Numbered from the stretch's first letter, positions 1-10,114 are shown. The stretch: 57,998 bases of DNA from Acidobacteriota bacterium (GCA_029553365.1 JAKPCG010000106.1:67130-125127); one strand, 5' to 3'. Program-made: numbers and translations. The notes: generated by a model from the letters alone, not told the origin.

Positions 1-264
1 TTTCCTGTTGCCATTGGTAGCTACTTTGCCATCGAGGATATCCATCATGCCGGAAATCAACAGGAAAATTAAGGCCCAGGCTGGATAGCCCAGGGCATAA
101 AAAAGACCAACCAGTAAACCCGCTATCAATCCGGCCAGGCTGAGATGGTTTGGATTAATTTTTAACTGAACAAAAAAGAGAGACATCCGGTCAAAGATTT
201 TTAAAGTAAAAACAATCAGACCTCTAGGTAAAAATCTAAATCCCTTATTCTCGTAGGTGACCAT
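1..264 (-). CDS. CDP-alcohol phosphatidyltransferase family protein (N-terminal part; gene runs off the window edge)
   Basis: The reverse strand is open from ATG (264-262) to position 1, giving 88 codons in frame. My translation is MVTYENKGFRFLPRGLIVFTLKIFDRMSLFFVQLKINPNHLSLAGLIAGLLVGLFYALGYPAWALIFLLISGMMDILDGKVATNGNRK. It shows the 'NPNxLSL' start, TM-like stretches, and the beginning of the D-x2-D-G-x2-A signature. Confidence 0.6.
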   Translation of the reverse strand, partial: MVTYENKGFRFLPRGLIVFTLKIFDRMSLFFVQLKINPNHLSLAGLIAGLLVGLFYALGYPAWALIFLLISGMMDILDGKVATNGNRK

Positions 265-550
265 TGCCTATAGATTATAGGAGTTCAGACCATTAATATC
301 AATATTCTGTACGGTGATCGTTAGTAGTTTTTTTCGGCTTTGTTCCCTTTGATCGGGCTCCGATCAGGTGGCCGGGCTGTCCTGGACAGGATCGATCTGG
401 CCGGATGAGAGGAGCAGGATAAAGAATATCTGGGTCTGGCAAAGACCTCCGGCACTAGCTGATCTCAGTTCTTAAGTTGAAGAAAAAAGCGGCCTGTGAT
501 ATGTTTTTCTATTATTTTAGCCCAAAAATCTCTGCCTGGAGGACAAAGAT

Positions 551-1864
551 ATGAAAGATAAAATCGAGATCAAAAAACCGGAAGGCAAATTAGGCGTCCT
601 GCTGCCCGGACTGGGGGCGGTGGCCACGACTTTTATCGCGGGCACCATGCTTGTTCGCCGCGGGCTGGGCCAGCCTTTTGGTTCACTCACCCAGATGGGG
701 ACGATCAGGCTGGGTAAAAGAACTGAGAAGCGAGTACCCAGGATAAAGGATTTTGTCGAACTGGCAGAACTGGGTGATCTGGTTTTCGGTGCCTGGGATA
801 TTTTCCCCGATAATGCTTATGAAGCGGCTCTTAAAGCCGGCGTGCTGAGAAAGGAACACCTTGATCCCATTAAAGAAGAGCTGGAAAAAATCAAGCCCAG
901 CCCGGCTGTTTTCGACCGGAATTATGTTAAAAAACTGGACGGGCCTAACAAGAAAAAAGGTGCGACCAAGTATGATCTGGCTCTGCAGTTAATGGATGAT
1001 ATCAAAAGATTCAAAGAAGAAAACCAGGTCAACCGACTGGTCATGATCTGGTGTGCCTCGACTGAGATTTTTATGAAGCCTGATCCTGTTCATCAGACGA
1101 TCGACTCCTTAGAAAAAGCTATGAAAGAAAATCACCCGGCTATTTCTCCCAGCATGATTTATGCTTATGCCGCGCTTCAATCCGGTGTGCCTTTTGTCAA
1201 CGGAGCACCTAACCTGACAGTTGATATTCCAGCCATGGTGGAGCTGGCCAAACAGCAAAATTTGCCGGTGGCCGGTAAGGACTATAAAACAGGTCAGACT
1301 TTGATGAAGACCATTATTGCTCCCGGTCTCAAAGCGCGGCTGATCGGTCTGGACGGCTGGTTTTCAACTAATATCCTGGGTAACCGGGATGGCGAGGTTC
1401 TGGACGATCCAGAGTCTTTTAAAACCAAGGAGGAAAGCAAGCTGGGTTCACTTGAATATATTCTTCAGCCTGACGTTTACCCCGAACTTTATGGTCATTT
1501 TTATCATAAAGTCCGGATAAATTATTATCCTCCTCGCGGCGATAATAAAGAGGGCTGGGATAATATTGATATCTTTGGCTGGCTTGGTTATCCGATGCAG
1601 ATCAAAATTGATTTTCTTTGCCGGGATAGTATCCTGGCCGCGCCCATTGTCCTGGATCTGGTCCTGTTTATTGACCTGGCTCAGAGGGCAGGTTTTCGTG
1701 GTATTCAGGAATGGCTGTCATTCTATTTTAAAAGTCCGATGTGTGCTCCCGAGCTTTATCCAGAGCATGATCTGTTCATTCAATTAATGAAACTGAAAAA
1801 CACACTGCGCTATATGAAAGGCGAAGAGCTCATCACTCACCTTGGACTTGAATATTATGATTGA
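551..1864 (+). CDS. ino1: myo-inositol-1-phosphate (inositol-3-phosphate) synthase
   Basis: 437-aa ORF with an SD-like GGAGGA a few nt upstream of the ATG. The N-terminal 'LGVLLPGLGAVATTFIAG' looks like a Rossmann segment. 'FVNGAPN' and 'LPVAGKDYKTGQTLMKT' are typical of the bacterial/archaeal MIPS family. Confidence 0.88.
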   Translation: MKDKIEIKKPEGKLGVLLPGLGAVATTFIAGTMLVRRGLGQPFGSLTQMGTIRLGKRTEKRVPRIKDFVELAELGDLVFGAWDIFPDNAYEAALKAGVLRKEHLDPIKEELEKIKPSPAVFDRNYVKKLDGPNKKKGATKYDLALQLMDDIKRFKEENQVNRLVMIWCASTEIFMKPDPVHQTIDSLEKAMKENHPAISPSMIYAYAALQSGVPFVNGAPNLTVDIPAMVELAKQQNLPVAGKDYKTGQTLMKTIIAPGLKARLIGLDGWFSTNILGNRDGEVLDDPESFKTKEESKLGSLEYILQPDVYPELYGHFYHKVRINYYPPRGDNKEGWDNIDIFGWLGYPMQIKIDFLCRDSILAAPIVLDLVLFIDLAQRAGFRGIQEWLSFYFKSPMCAPELYPEHDLFIQLMKLKNTLRYMKGEELITHLGLEYYD

Positions 1865-1928
1865 ACCTCAAGGCAGCCTGCTCAAAATTTTTTAAATTGA
1901 GAAGAGGGAATTTTAATAAAAAAATTAA

Positions 1929-4900
1929 ATGAGGTTTACTATGCTCAGCTTTAAAACTTTTAAGGGCAGGAAGTCTGCCGTTTTATTTTTTGTCTTAATT
2001 CTGGTCGGTCTATCTCTGGCCTGGCCGCTTCTAACCCAGGCTCAGGGCAAGCCAGATTTAAGCCGTGATAAAATCCTGTTTACTGTTGGTTATGCCCACC
2101 TTGATACTCAATGGCGCTGGGATTATCAGAAAACGATCAGGGAATACATCTGGAACACGATGGTTGATAATTTTTCTCTCCTTGAGAAATACCCATATTA
2201 TGTTTTTAACTTCAGTGGTGCTAACCGCTATCGGATGATGAATGAATATTATCCAGAAGAGTATAAAAAAGTTAAAGACTATGTTGCTCAGGGGCGATGG
2301 TTTCCAGCCGGTTCTTCGATGGAAGAAAATGATGTGATGGCTCCCTCGGCCGAATCCATTATTCGACAGATTCTCTATGGAACTCATTATTTTCGCCGGG
2401 AATTCGGCTTCAGCAGCCGGGAATATATTTTACCTGATTGCTTTGGTTTCCCGGCTTCGCTGCCTTCCATCCTGGCCCACTGCGGCCTGAATGGTTTTTC
2501 TACGCAGAAGCTGTCCTGGGGATCGGCGGTCGGTATGCCTTTTAACCTTGGTGTTTGGGCCGGGCCTGATGGGCAATCGGTCATAGCTGCCCTTAATCCG
2601 GGCGATTATGTCAGCAAAATCACCGGTGATTTAACCAGGAATGAAACCTGGATGAACCGGGTGAAAGAAAATGGCCAGAAATATGGTGTTTATGCCGATT
2701 ATATGTATTATGGGACAGGTGACGTGGGTGGCGCACCGGATGAGGACTCAGTTGTTAATCTGGGAAAAAGTCTGGCCAGCAACCAGGAAAGCGAAATAAA
2801 GATAGCTGCTTCTAAGGCCGAGGAGCTGTTTGTGACCATCACTCCTGATCAGAAACAAAAATTACCTGTTTACCGAGGAGAATTCCTGCTGACCAATCAC
2901 TCGGCCGGATCTATCACTTCCCAGGCAGCTATGAAGCGCTGGAACAGGAAAAATGAATTTCTGGCTTACTCGGCTGAAGCGGCAGCTGTTATCGGCGACT
3001 GGACAGGTGGGATCAATTACGATCGGACCAGGCTGAACGAGGCCTGGCGGCTGGTTCTCGGGGCTCAGTTTCATGATATACTGCCCGGAACGAGCATTCC
3101 CCGGGCCTATGAGTTTTCCTGGAATGATGAAGTCCTGGCTGCCAATCAGTTTGAGCAGGTGCTGAAAAGTTCAGCCGGGGCGGTGATTGACGCTCTTGAT
3201 ACCAGGGTAACCGGACGCCCTCTGGCCATATACAATCCGCTGGCCTTTGACCGGGAAGATGTGGTCGAGGCTGAAATAGAATTTCCTGAGACAGTGACCA
3301 GCTGTCGTGTTTTTGGCCCCGATGGTCTGGAAACTCCTTCCCAGATCAAAGAAATTAAGGGAAACAGGCTCAAGGTCATTTTTCTGGCCAGAGTTCCTTC
3401 ACTTGGCTACAGCGTCTATGATATCAGGCCGTCGGCAGAGCCCTGCCGGTTGAGCACTGGCCTCAAAGTGGATAAAACCAGTCTGGAAAACCTGCGTTAT
3501 GTGATTAAGATTAACCGCGACGGGGACGTATCCAGCCTTTATGATAAGAAGGCCAAGAAGGAATTACTGGCCTCGCCAGCGCGCTTATCTTTTCACTATG
3601 AGAAACCACAGCAGTGGCCTGCCTGGAATATGGACTGGGAAGACAGAATCAAACCTCCGGTTGGCTATGTAGAAGGTCCAGCTGAAATAACCGTCCTCGA
3701 AAACGGGCCTGCCCGGATAGCCATCAAAATTGAGCGTGAATCGAGACATTCAAAGTTTATCCAGACAATAAGATTGGCAGCCGGCGAAGCCGGTGAGCGG
3801 GTGGAGTGGAGTAATCAAATTGATTGGGCCACAGCTGAATCCTCTCTTAAGGCAGTTTTTCCCCTGACTGTGGCTAATCCGATAGCCACTTATAACTGGG
3901 AGGTGGGTACTCTGGAAAGAGGCAACAATGATCCAAAAAAATTTGAAGTTCCGTCCCATCTGTGGTTTGATCTGACCGACAAAACCGGTTCCTATGGTGT
4001 CTCAGTTCTCGAAGATTGTAAATACGGCTCAGATAAACCGGCCGATAACATCCTCCGCCTGACTCTCCTCTACACCCCGGGTGTGAGAAGCTGGCCCAAA
4101 GAACAGGCCACGCAGGATTTTGGTCAGCATGAAATTCTTTACGCCCTTTATGGTCACCAGGGTGACTGGCGTCAGGGCCGAACAGGCGAGCAGGCGTTGA
4201 GGCTTAATCAACCGTTAATTGCTTTTGAAACTCAGGCCCACCCCGGGCCGTTTGGTAAAAAATTCAGCTTTCTGGCGGTTGAGCCAGAGGGGGTAAGACT
4301 TCTGGCGCTCAAAAAGGCTGAAAATTCAGAAGAGATCATTGTCCGCCTGGTGGAAACTAGAGGTCGGTCTGTAAAAAAAGCCAGTCTGACTTTTCCCTCG
4401 GCCATTAAATCTGCTAAAGAAGTTAATGGAGTTGAGGATAGATTAGGTGAAGTTCAATTTAAAGCAAATAAACTGACCTTTGATCTCGAAGCTTATGGTT
4501 TGAAAACCATAGCTGTAGAAATAAATCCTCCTGGTCAGCAACTGGCCAGGCCGGTCTTCAAATCGGTCGAGCTGCCTTATAATCTTGATGTCATGAGTTA
4601 TGATCATGACCGGACTGACGGCGGTTTTGGAGCCGACGGTTGGAGTTACCCTGCCGAATTAATGCCTGATTCAATCAAGGCTGGCCGGGTAAGTTTTCAG
4701 CTTGGACCGAAGTTTGATGGAGCCAAAAATGCTTTGACCTGTGAAGGTCAGGTCATTAGCTTACCTCCGGGAAATTTCAATTGCCTCTATATACTGGCGG
4801 CAAGTTCCGAGAAAAACCAAAAAGGAGTCTTCAGACTCGGCCAGAAAGAAGTAGAAATACCGGTTGGCTACTGGTCTGGTTTCATCGGCCAGTGGGATAA

Positions 4901-5978
4901 CCGGCTCTGGGCGGAAGGCCCGGCTGCCAGCCTTGATTTTGATCAGGATCGCTTTACTTATATTGGTGTCACTCCCGGTTATATCCGTCAGGACGAAGTA
5001 GCCTTTTTTACCACTCATCTGCATCGACCGGTGAGTGGCAAAGAAGGCAATGAACCTTATATCTACGGCTATGTCTTTAAATATCAAATCGACCTGCCGC
5101 TGGGAGTTAAAGAAGTTGTTCTGCCCCGAAACAGTTCAATAAAAATCCTGGCCTTAACTGTTGCTTTAAATGATCACAAGGAGCCGAAGCCAGCCCAAAA
5201 TCTGTTTGATCGTCTGGATCGCCAGCAGGAAGATTATGAGAGGTGGGCGGTGGTACCGGAACCGGTCATAAAGCCAGCTACCGCTCATGTCAGTCCGGGC
5301 CGACCAGCATCGGTCTCGATAACTGTCCCTCTGGACGGAGCTGAAATTCACTATACACTGGATGGCAGCGAACCAACTGTAAAATCACCACTTTATACAG
5401 AGGAACTGAGCCTAAGCGGGAATAAAATTCTCAAAGCGAGGGCTTTCCATCCGGTGAGATTGCCAAGTGTAGTAGCTACTGCTTATTACAGTCAATCGTT
5501 ACCGATAGCGGACATTATCTATTTCAATCCACCGGCTAAAAATAAAATTGGGGCCGCCGAGGAGAAGACATTAATTGATCTGGTCAGGGCCAGGCCGGAG
5601 GCTGCCGATGACAACTGGCAGGGTTTTGAGGGTGATGACCTGCAGGTAGTGCTTGATCTCGGGGAAAAGAAAGATGTGTATGAACTGGAGCTCAGTCTAT
5701 TAGAAGATAATAATGCCGGCATCTTTCTTCCAGCTGCGGTTAAAATTGAGCTTTCCCTGGATGGAAAAAAGTTTGAGACTGTGGTCGAGCAGCAATTACC
5801 ACAGCCGGAAGCAGGCAAAAGCCGCGACGCAGCTCTGAGGAGTCTGGCTTTCGGTCTTCGAGGCCGTCAGGCCCGGTTTATCAGGCTGACTGCGACCAAT
5901 ATCGGGACTGTGCCTGCTGGCTTCCGCCGGGCCGGTCGCAAGGCCTGGCTCCTGGTTGATGAAATTTATGTCAGATAA
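1929..5978 (+). CDS. secreted GH38 alpha-mannosidase with C-terminal chitobiase/Fn3-like and F5/8 type C (discoidin/CBM32-like) domains
   Basis: 1349-aa ORF with an N-terminal signal-like hydrophobic stretch (AVLFFVLILVGLSLAWPLLTQAQG). 'GYAHLDTQWRWDY' is the GH38 N-terminal metal-site motif. The C-terminus has 'AEIHYTLDGSEPTVKSPLY' and a discoidin-like 'ARFIRLTATN' end. The start could instead be the ATG at 1941. Confidence 0.85.
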   Translation: MRFTMLSFKTFKGRKSAVLFFVLILVGLSLAWPLLTQAQGKPDLSRDKILFTVGYAHLDTQWRWDYQKTIREYIWNTMVDNFSLLEKYPYYVFNFSGANRYRMMNEYYPEEYKKVKDYVAQGRWFPAGSSMEENDVMAPSAESIIRQILYGTHYFRREFGFSSREYILPDCFGFPASLPSILAHCGLNGFSTQKLSWGSAVGMPFNLGVWAGPDGQSVIAALNPGDYVSKITGDLTRNETWMNRVKENGQKYGVYADYMYYGTGDVGGAPDEDSVVNLGKSLASNQESEIKIAASKAEELFVTITPDQKQKLPVYRGEFLLTNHSAGSITSQAAMKRWNRKNEFLAYSAEAAAVIGDWTGGINYDRTRLNEAWRLVLGAQFHDILPGTSIPRAYEFSWNDEVLAANQFEQVLKSSAGAVIDALDTRVTGRPLAIYNPLAFDREDVVEAEIEFPETVTSCRVFGPDGLETPSQIKEIKGNRLKVIFLARVPSLGYSVYDIRPSAEPCRLSTGLKVDKTSLENLRYVIKINRDGDVSSLYDKKAKKELLASPARLSFHYEKPQQWPAWNMDWEDRIKPPVGYVEGPAEITVLENGPARIAIKIERESRHSKFIQTIRLAAGEAGERVEWSNQIDWATAESSLKAVFPLTVANPIATYNWEVGTLERGNNDPKKFEVPSHLWFDLTDKTGSYGVSVLEDCKYGSDKPADNILRLTLLYTPGVRSWPKEQATQDFGQHEILYALYGHQGDWRQGRTGEQALRLNQPLIAFETQAHPGPFGKKFSFLAVEPEGVRLLALKKAENSEEIIVRLVETRGRSVKKASLTFPSAIKSAKEVNGVEDRLGEVQFKANKLTFDLEAYGLKTIAVEINPPGQQLARPVFKSVELPYNLDVMSYDHDRTDGGFGADGWSYPAELMPDSIKAGRVSFQLGPKFDGAKNALTCEGQVISLPPGNFNCLYILAASSEKNQKGVFRLGQKEVEIPVGYWSGFIGQWDNRLWAEGPAASLDFDQDRFTYIGVTPGYIRQDEVAFFTTHLHRPVSGKEGNEPYIYGYVFKYQIDLPLGVKEVVLPRNSSIKILALTVALNDHKEPKPAQNLFDRLDRQQEDYERWAVVPEPVIKPATAHVSPGRPASVSITVPLDGAEIHYTLDGSEPTVKSPLYTEELSLSGNKILKARAFHPVRLPSVVATAYYSQSLPIADIIYFNPPAKNKIGAAEEKTLIDLVRARPEAADDNWQGFEGDDLQVVLDLGEKKDVYELELSLLEDNNAGIFLPAAVKIELSLDGKKFETVVEQQLPQPEAGKSRDAALRSLAFGLRGRQARFIRLTATNIGTVPAGFRRAGRKAWLLVDEIYVR

Positions 5979-6042
5979 ACCACGAGTGAGAAAGATCCAG
6001 CGAATCGCTGCCAGGAAATAATCTTATCTTCATTGCCTGAAA

Positions 6043-7626
6043 TTAAGTTTCTGAGGCCGGGGCGGCAACGGCAGGTCTATTCTCTTCAAGAAGCTTATCG
6101 TAGAGGCCGATAATTTTCTGGAAAATATTCAGCTCATAATCAGTGAGCAGTTTTTGAGCCGCTTTTTTGTCCCGGGTATAAAGAGTGGAGAACTTGTTTT
6201 CAAATTCCCGGCTGGTCTTCAGATATTCCTCTTCAACTGACCAGAAGTTTTTTCTGACCAACTCGATCATCTGACCATAATTGGCTTCAACCAGGTTTTC
6301 ATACTGCCGAACCCTGGTGGATAGGAGCTCGTGGCTCGCCGCCTTGATGTCAACCGGATCAAAATGCTGCTGATAAAGAAGTTCGTAATCATGGTGGTTG
6401 GGGCCAAAACCGGCTCCAGGAGGAAGTGTTTCCAGCCCAGAATAGAGCGGAAGATAAAGTGTCGTATCAGGCTTGCCAAAAGCCAGCCAGGTTAAAGCTG
6501 AGATTGGTTCTGGCTTCTGCTTGTTTAAACAGACTACGAAAGAATTGATAGTGGAAGAGGTACAAATTGTTCTGAATTTAGTTTTATTGGGGCTGCCCAG
6601 CTTATAGCCGTCGGTAGCATCATATTCTGTTCCTTCATAGTGATCGCGCAGTACAGACATCAGTTTCTCCACGGTGATCGGGTTGGCCGGTTCAAAAGAA
6701 AATGGAAAATCATCGGTTATCTCCCATTTTTGTCCGCTGAGCAGAGACAGCCCACGCCACATTCTCAGAGTGTTGCCATCAAAGACTGGCTCTCTTTTGG
6801 TCGGCCGGTTGAAAACTTTTTTAAAATCAAAAGGCCCGTCTCTTTTTTCATCATACCAGCCATTTTTCCGGGCATATTCAATCAGGTCGGGACTGCCCAG
6901 GAAGTTGTCCGGATCGTCAAGACGAATCTGCCTTATGGTGTAGAAATTAGGAATGACAGCCACTGCGTTGTCAGGCACTCTTTGTGCCAGCCAGTGTCGC
7001 CCCTTGATAACGGCCAGCATCCAGGCTTCATCTTTATCGGCAATGGAATAGGTCCGACCAGAACTGCGGTAGCCATATTTTTCAATCAGTTCTCCGGCCA
7101 GTTTGACTGCTTCTCGGGCACTGCCAGCTTTTTCGGCTACAATCCTTCGCAACATGTAACCGATTCCACCAGCGGTGAAATCTTCGCCTTCTTCCCGGGA
7201 AGGACAGCTATTGGAGGTGATGACCACTCCCTGATCATTGATGAAACTATCAGCAAATTCCTGTTCGGTAGCCTCAATCCAGAGAAAGCCATTGACCTGA
7301 CCGCTGGTCTCATAAACTCCGCCCTGGCCGAGATTTATTTTAACTTTCTGGCCATAATTTTTTGGAGCCATTTTTCTGACATTGACGACAATCTCACCGT
7401 AATCATCCTCATTATGGGCAATCATGACCGAGCCGTCGGCACTGGCCTTTTTTCCAACAAGAATGGTGTAGCAGTTGAACTGGTCCCGGTCAGGGTCAGC
7501 CTGATTAAGGGCGTTGACCCCCAGACCAGCAGCAACTAAAAAGATAAAAACAAGGATAAAAATAGAAATTATTTTCCTGTGAGCCTTCACCTCTAACCTC
7601 CTCGGAGTCTTAATTGACCTGAACAT
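6043..7626 (-). CDS. C69 family dipeptidase (secreted or membrane-anchored)
   Basis: 527-aa ORF with an N-terminal TM/signal segment. It is followed by 'CYTILVGKKASADGSVMIAHNEDD', which is the N-terminal nucleophile Cys context of peptidase family C69. Confidence 0.82.
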   Translation of the reverse strand: MFRSIKTPRRLEVKAHRKIISIFILVFIFLVAAGLGVNALNQADPDRDQFNCYTILVGKKASADGSVMIAHNEDDYGEIVVNVRKMAPKNYGQKVKINLGQGGVYETSGQVNGFLWIEATEQEFADSFINDQGVVITSNSCPSREEGEDFTAGGIGYMLRRIVAEKAGSAREAVKLAGELIEKYGYRSSGRTYSIADKDEAWMLAVIKGRHWLAQRVPDNAVAVIPNFYTIRQIRLDDPDNFLGSPDLIEYARKNGWYDEKRDGPFDFKKVFNRPTKREPVFDGNTLRMWRGLSLLSGQKWEITDDFPFSFEPANPITVEKLMSVLRDHYEGTEYDATDGYKLGSPNKTKFRTICTSSTINSFVVCLNKQKPEPISALTWLAFGKPDTTLYLPLYSGLETLPPGAGFGPNHHDYELLYQQHFDPVDIKAASHELLSTRVRQYENLVEANYGQMIELVRKNFWSVEEEYLKTSREFENKFSTLYTRDKKAAQKLLTDYELNIFQKIIGLYDKLLEENRPAVAAPASET

Positions 7627-7949
7627 ATTTTTGGTCTTTCCGTCTGCTTTAATATACTATTCAGTTGGTTAGTTATTCAAGTTGTCAGATTATTTCTGCT
7701 GGACTTAAGTCCGGACAGGGCTGGCTGGAGTCGGGCTGGCAGGAAGATTTACTGACTCATTAACTGGCGAAATTTATATTATTCCTATCGGATTTATGTA
7801 ATATAAGTTACAACCGACTTTGACTCAGGAGGTAAGTCTGCGAGCCGGTTAGTCTTCTGTTCAGCCAGGAGGCCTGCTGTCCACCCGGACAGGACATAAC
7901 AGGGGCGAAATAAATCTGGCTGAAAAGTTCCTTCTTCTGGTAAAATAAA

Positions 7950-8420
7950 ATGGGAAAAACAGTAAGGATGGCGTCAATGAGCTCTAACGATGATGATAAT
8001 AAAATCTCGATTGTAGCCGATTGGCTGGCAGGTCTGGCTTTTGAAGCCTCGGTGGGTGAACACCAGATAATAATGGACGTCCCTCCCGAGGCGGGTGGTC
8101 AGGGTCTTGGCCCGCCGCCCAAGCCATTGATGCTGGTGGCTCTGGCCGGCTGTACTGGAATGGATGTCATTTCTATTCTGGGGAAAATGAGGGTAGAGGT
8201 TGAAAAGTTCAGGATAACAGTCGAAGGCCTGGTGACAGAAGAACACCCGAAACAATTTTATAAGATGCACCTGGTTTATGAATTTACCGGGAAAGATTTG
8301 CCAGAAGATAAGCTGAAAAGAGCGATCGAGCTGTCCCAGGACAGATACTGCGGGGTCAGTGCCACTTACCGGAAGGCCTTAGAGGTTACCTGGGAAATGA
8401 AAATAAACAACAGCCATTAG
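7950..8420 (+). CDS. OsmC family peroxiredoxin / OsmC-like protein
   Basis: 156-aa ORF. The 'PKPLMLVALAGCTGMDV' and 'DRYCGVSATY' pair of conserved Cys motifs is characteristic of OsmC/Ohr-fold proteins. Several in-frame ATGs near the 5' end make the exact start uncertain. Confidence 0.82.
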   Translation: MGKTVRMASMSSNDDDNKISIVADWLAGLAFEASVGEHQIIMDVPPEAGGQGLGPPPKPLMLVALAGCTGMDVISILGKMRVEVEKFRITVEGLVTEEHPKQFYKMHLVYEFTGKDLPEDKLKRAIELSQDRYCGVSATYRKALEVTWEMKINNSH

Positions 8421-8668
8421 CCGGTAAAAGTCTAACGGATGCTTTCCAGGTAAATAGCCCCGCTCGCTCCTGAAGATAAAATGGGGAGAATGGTTGTAAA
8501 ATGGAATCGGGTATATGAGAGTGAAGAGAGGAAGCGACGGCACTCCTGGGAATTTTTTCTAATGTCGATGAGTTTGGCGGTGATGATCAGGTTACTTCTG
8601 ATGAAGCAGATAAATGGAAGAACTAACCCGGATAATAGCCTGGCCAGGGCAAGGTAGAGTTAATCAAA

Positions 8669-10114
8669 ATGAAACCAGAGTTTAACAGGCTGATTAATAC
8701 GATTAAAACTGAAGGCTGGAAGAAGATTCAAATTGAATTTGGCCCTGACTATCTGGAGATTGAAGTCCCGCCTGATTGTCAGGAACTGAGCATGAAAGAA
8801 GTTCCACCCGCGGCTCATCCCGGGCAGGTGGTGGAAGAAGCCCTTTCTTACCCGCTAGCCAGCCCCCGCCTGGAAGAAATTATCCAGGGAAAAAACAAAC
8901 CGGTGAGCAACCTGTCTGTGGCCATAGCAGTCTCTGATATTACCAGACCGGTTCCGTATCAGGGAGAAAGTGGCCTTCTGCCTCCACTCCTCAAAAGACT
9001 GGAAGCAGCAGGAATTCGAAAAGAAAATATTAAAATCATTGTCGCCACCGGTTTACACCGCCCGACTACAGGTCAGGAAAAACTGGCCATGTACGGGGCA
9101 GAAGTAGTCCGTAACTATCAAATAATAGATCATAAGGCTGATGATCCGGACCTTTTCCTCAGGCTGGGTGTGACCAGCCGGGGAACGGCGCTTTCGATTA
9201 ACCGCCACTTCTATCTTTCTGATCTCAAAATAGTTACCGGGCTGGTTGAGAGCCACTTTTTTGCCGGTATTTCCGGCGGTCGGAAAGCCATCTGTCCTGG
9301 TCTGGTCGATGTCAAAACCATAGAAAAATTTCATGGTCCTGAGTATCTGGAAAACCCGCTGGCCACCAATCTCATTCTTGACGGTAATCCCTGCCATGAA
9401 GAAGCCCTGGAGATCGCTCAGAGAGTCGGTGTAGATTTTTCTATCAACGTAACTCTGAATAAAGATTTGAAACTTACCGCTGTGTTCGCCGGAGATCTGG
9501 TTGAGTCCAACCTCCAGGCCTTCCAGTTTATCAAGAATTATGTAGCGATTCCTCTTGACAGAGAATACGACCTGGTTCTGACTCATGGCGGATATGTCGG
9601 GCAGAATCATTATCAAACGGCCAAAGCAGCGGCTGGAGCTTTGCCGGCAGTTAAAAAAGGGGGCACAATTATAATTGTGGCTAATAACAGAGATCCTTTT
9701 GACCCGGTTGGTTCACCCGAATATAGAACCCTCCTTCACCTCCTGAAGCTGCAGGGACCCGACGGCTACCTTAACTTGCTTCAGTCTCCTGGCTGGAAAT
9801 TTACCCGAGACCAGTGGGAGCCAGAAGTCTGGGGGAAGGTTTTAAGAAAAGTCGGAGAAGAAGGACTGATTTATTGTTCGCCGGAAATCAACCGAAAAGA
9901 TTACGATCTTCTGCCGGGGAGGAGTGGTCTGGAATTGCTGGAAGAAGATATTCCGATGACATTAGTGAAAAAAGCCACGGAGATGACCCAGAAGGCGGTG
10001 CTACTGGCGGTAGCCCGGCGGGAATCTTCAGGTCTTCCGCTGTCCATGGCTTTCATCCGGGAAGGCCCGTATGCTGTTCCCTATCTTCTTCAGACTGAAG
10101 CCGGGAGCCAATAA
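8669..10114 (+). CDS. LarA-like (nickel-pincer dependent lactate racemase family, DUF2088) protein
   Basis: 481-aa ORF. 'VSDITRPVPY', 'IIVATGLHRP' and 'HFFAGISGGRKAICPG' resemble conserved LarA N-terminal domain motifs. Confidence 0.75.
   Translation: MKPEFNRLINTIKTEGWKKIQIEFGPDYLEIEVPPDCQELSMKEVPPAAHPGQVVEEALSYPLASPRLEEIIQGKNKPVSNLSVAIAVSDITRPVPYQGESGLLPPLLKRLEAAGIRKENIKIIVATGLHRPTTGQEKLAMYGAEVVRNYQIIDHKADDPDLFLRLGVTSRGTALSINRHFYLSDLKIVTGLVESHFFAGISGGRKAICPGLVDVKTIEKFHGPEYLENPLATNLILDGNPCHEEALEIAQRVGVDFSINVTLNKDLKLTAVFAGDLVESNLQAFQFIKNYVAIPLDREYDLVLTHGGYVGQNHYQTAKAAAGALPAVKKGGTIIIVANNRDPFDPVGSPEYRTLLHLLKLQGPDGYLNLLQSPGWKFTRDQWEPEVWGKVLRKVGEEGLIYCSPEINRKDYDLLPGRSGLELLEEDIPMTLVKKATEMTQKAVLLAVARRESSGLPLSMAFIREGPYAVPYLLQTEAGSQ

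Noticed and set aside
5998-6010. Small hairpin CAGCG-aat-CGCTG between the convergent GH38 and C69 genes
   Set aside because: It has a 5-bp stem and no U-tract, so it is too weak to annotate as an intrinsic terminator.
6640-7539. 299-aa ORF on the + strand, plus the nested 6674-6943 ORF
   Set aside because: It is entirely antisense to the well-supported C69 dipeptidase gene. The translation is low-complexity and Ser/Gly/Phe-rich with no motifs, so it is a typical shadow ORF.
9053-9616. 187-aa ORF on the - strand
   Set aside because: It is antisense within the LarA-like CDS, has no recognisable features, and is a shadow ORF.
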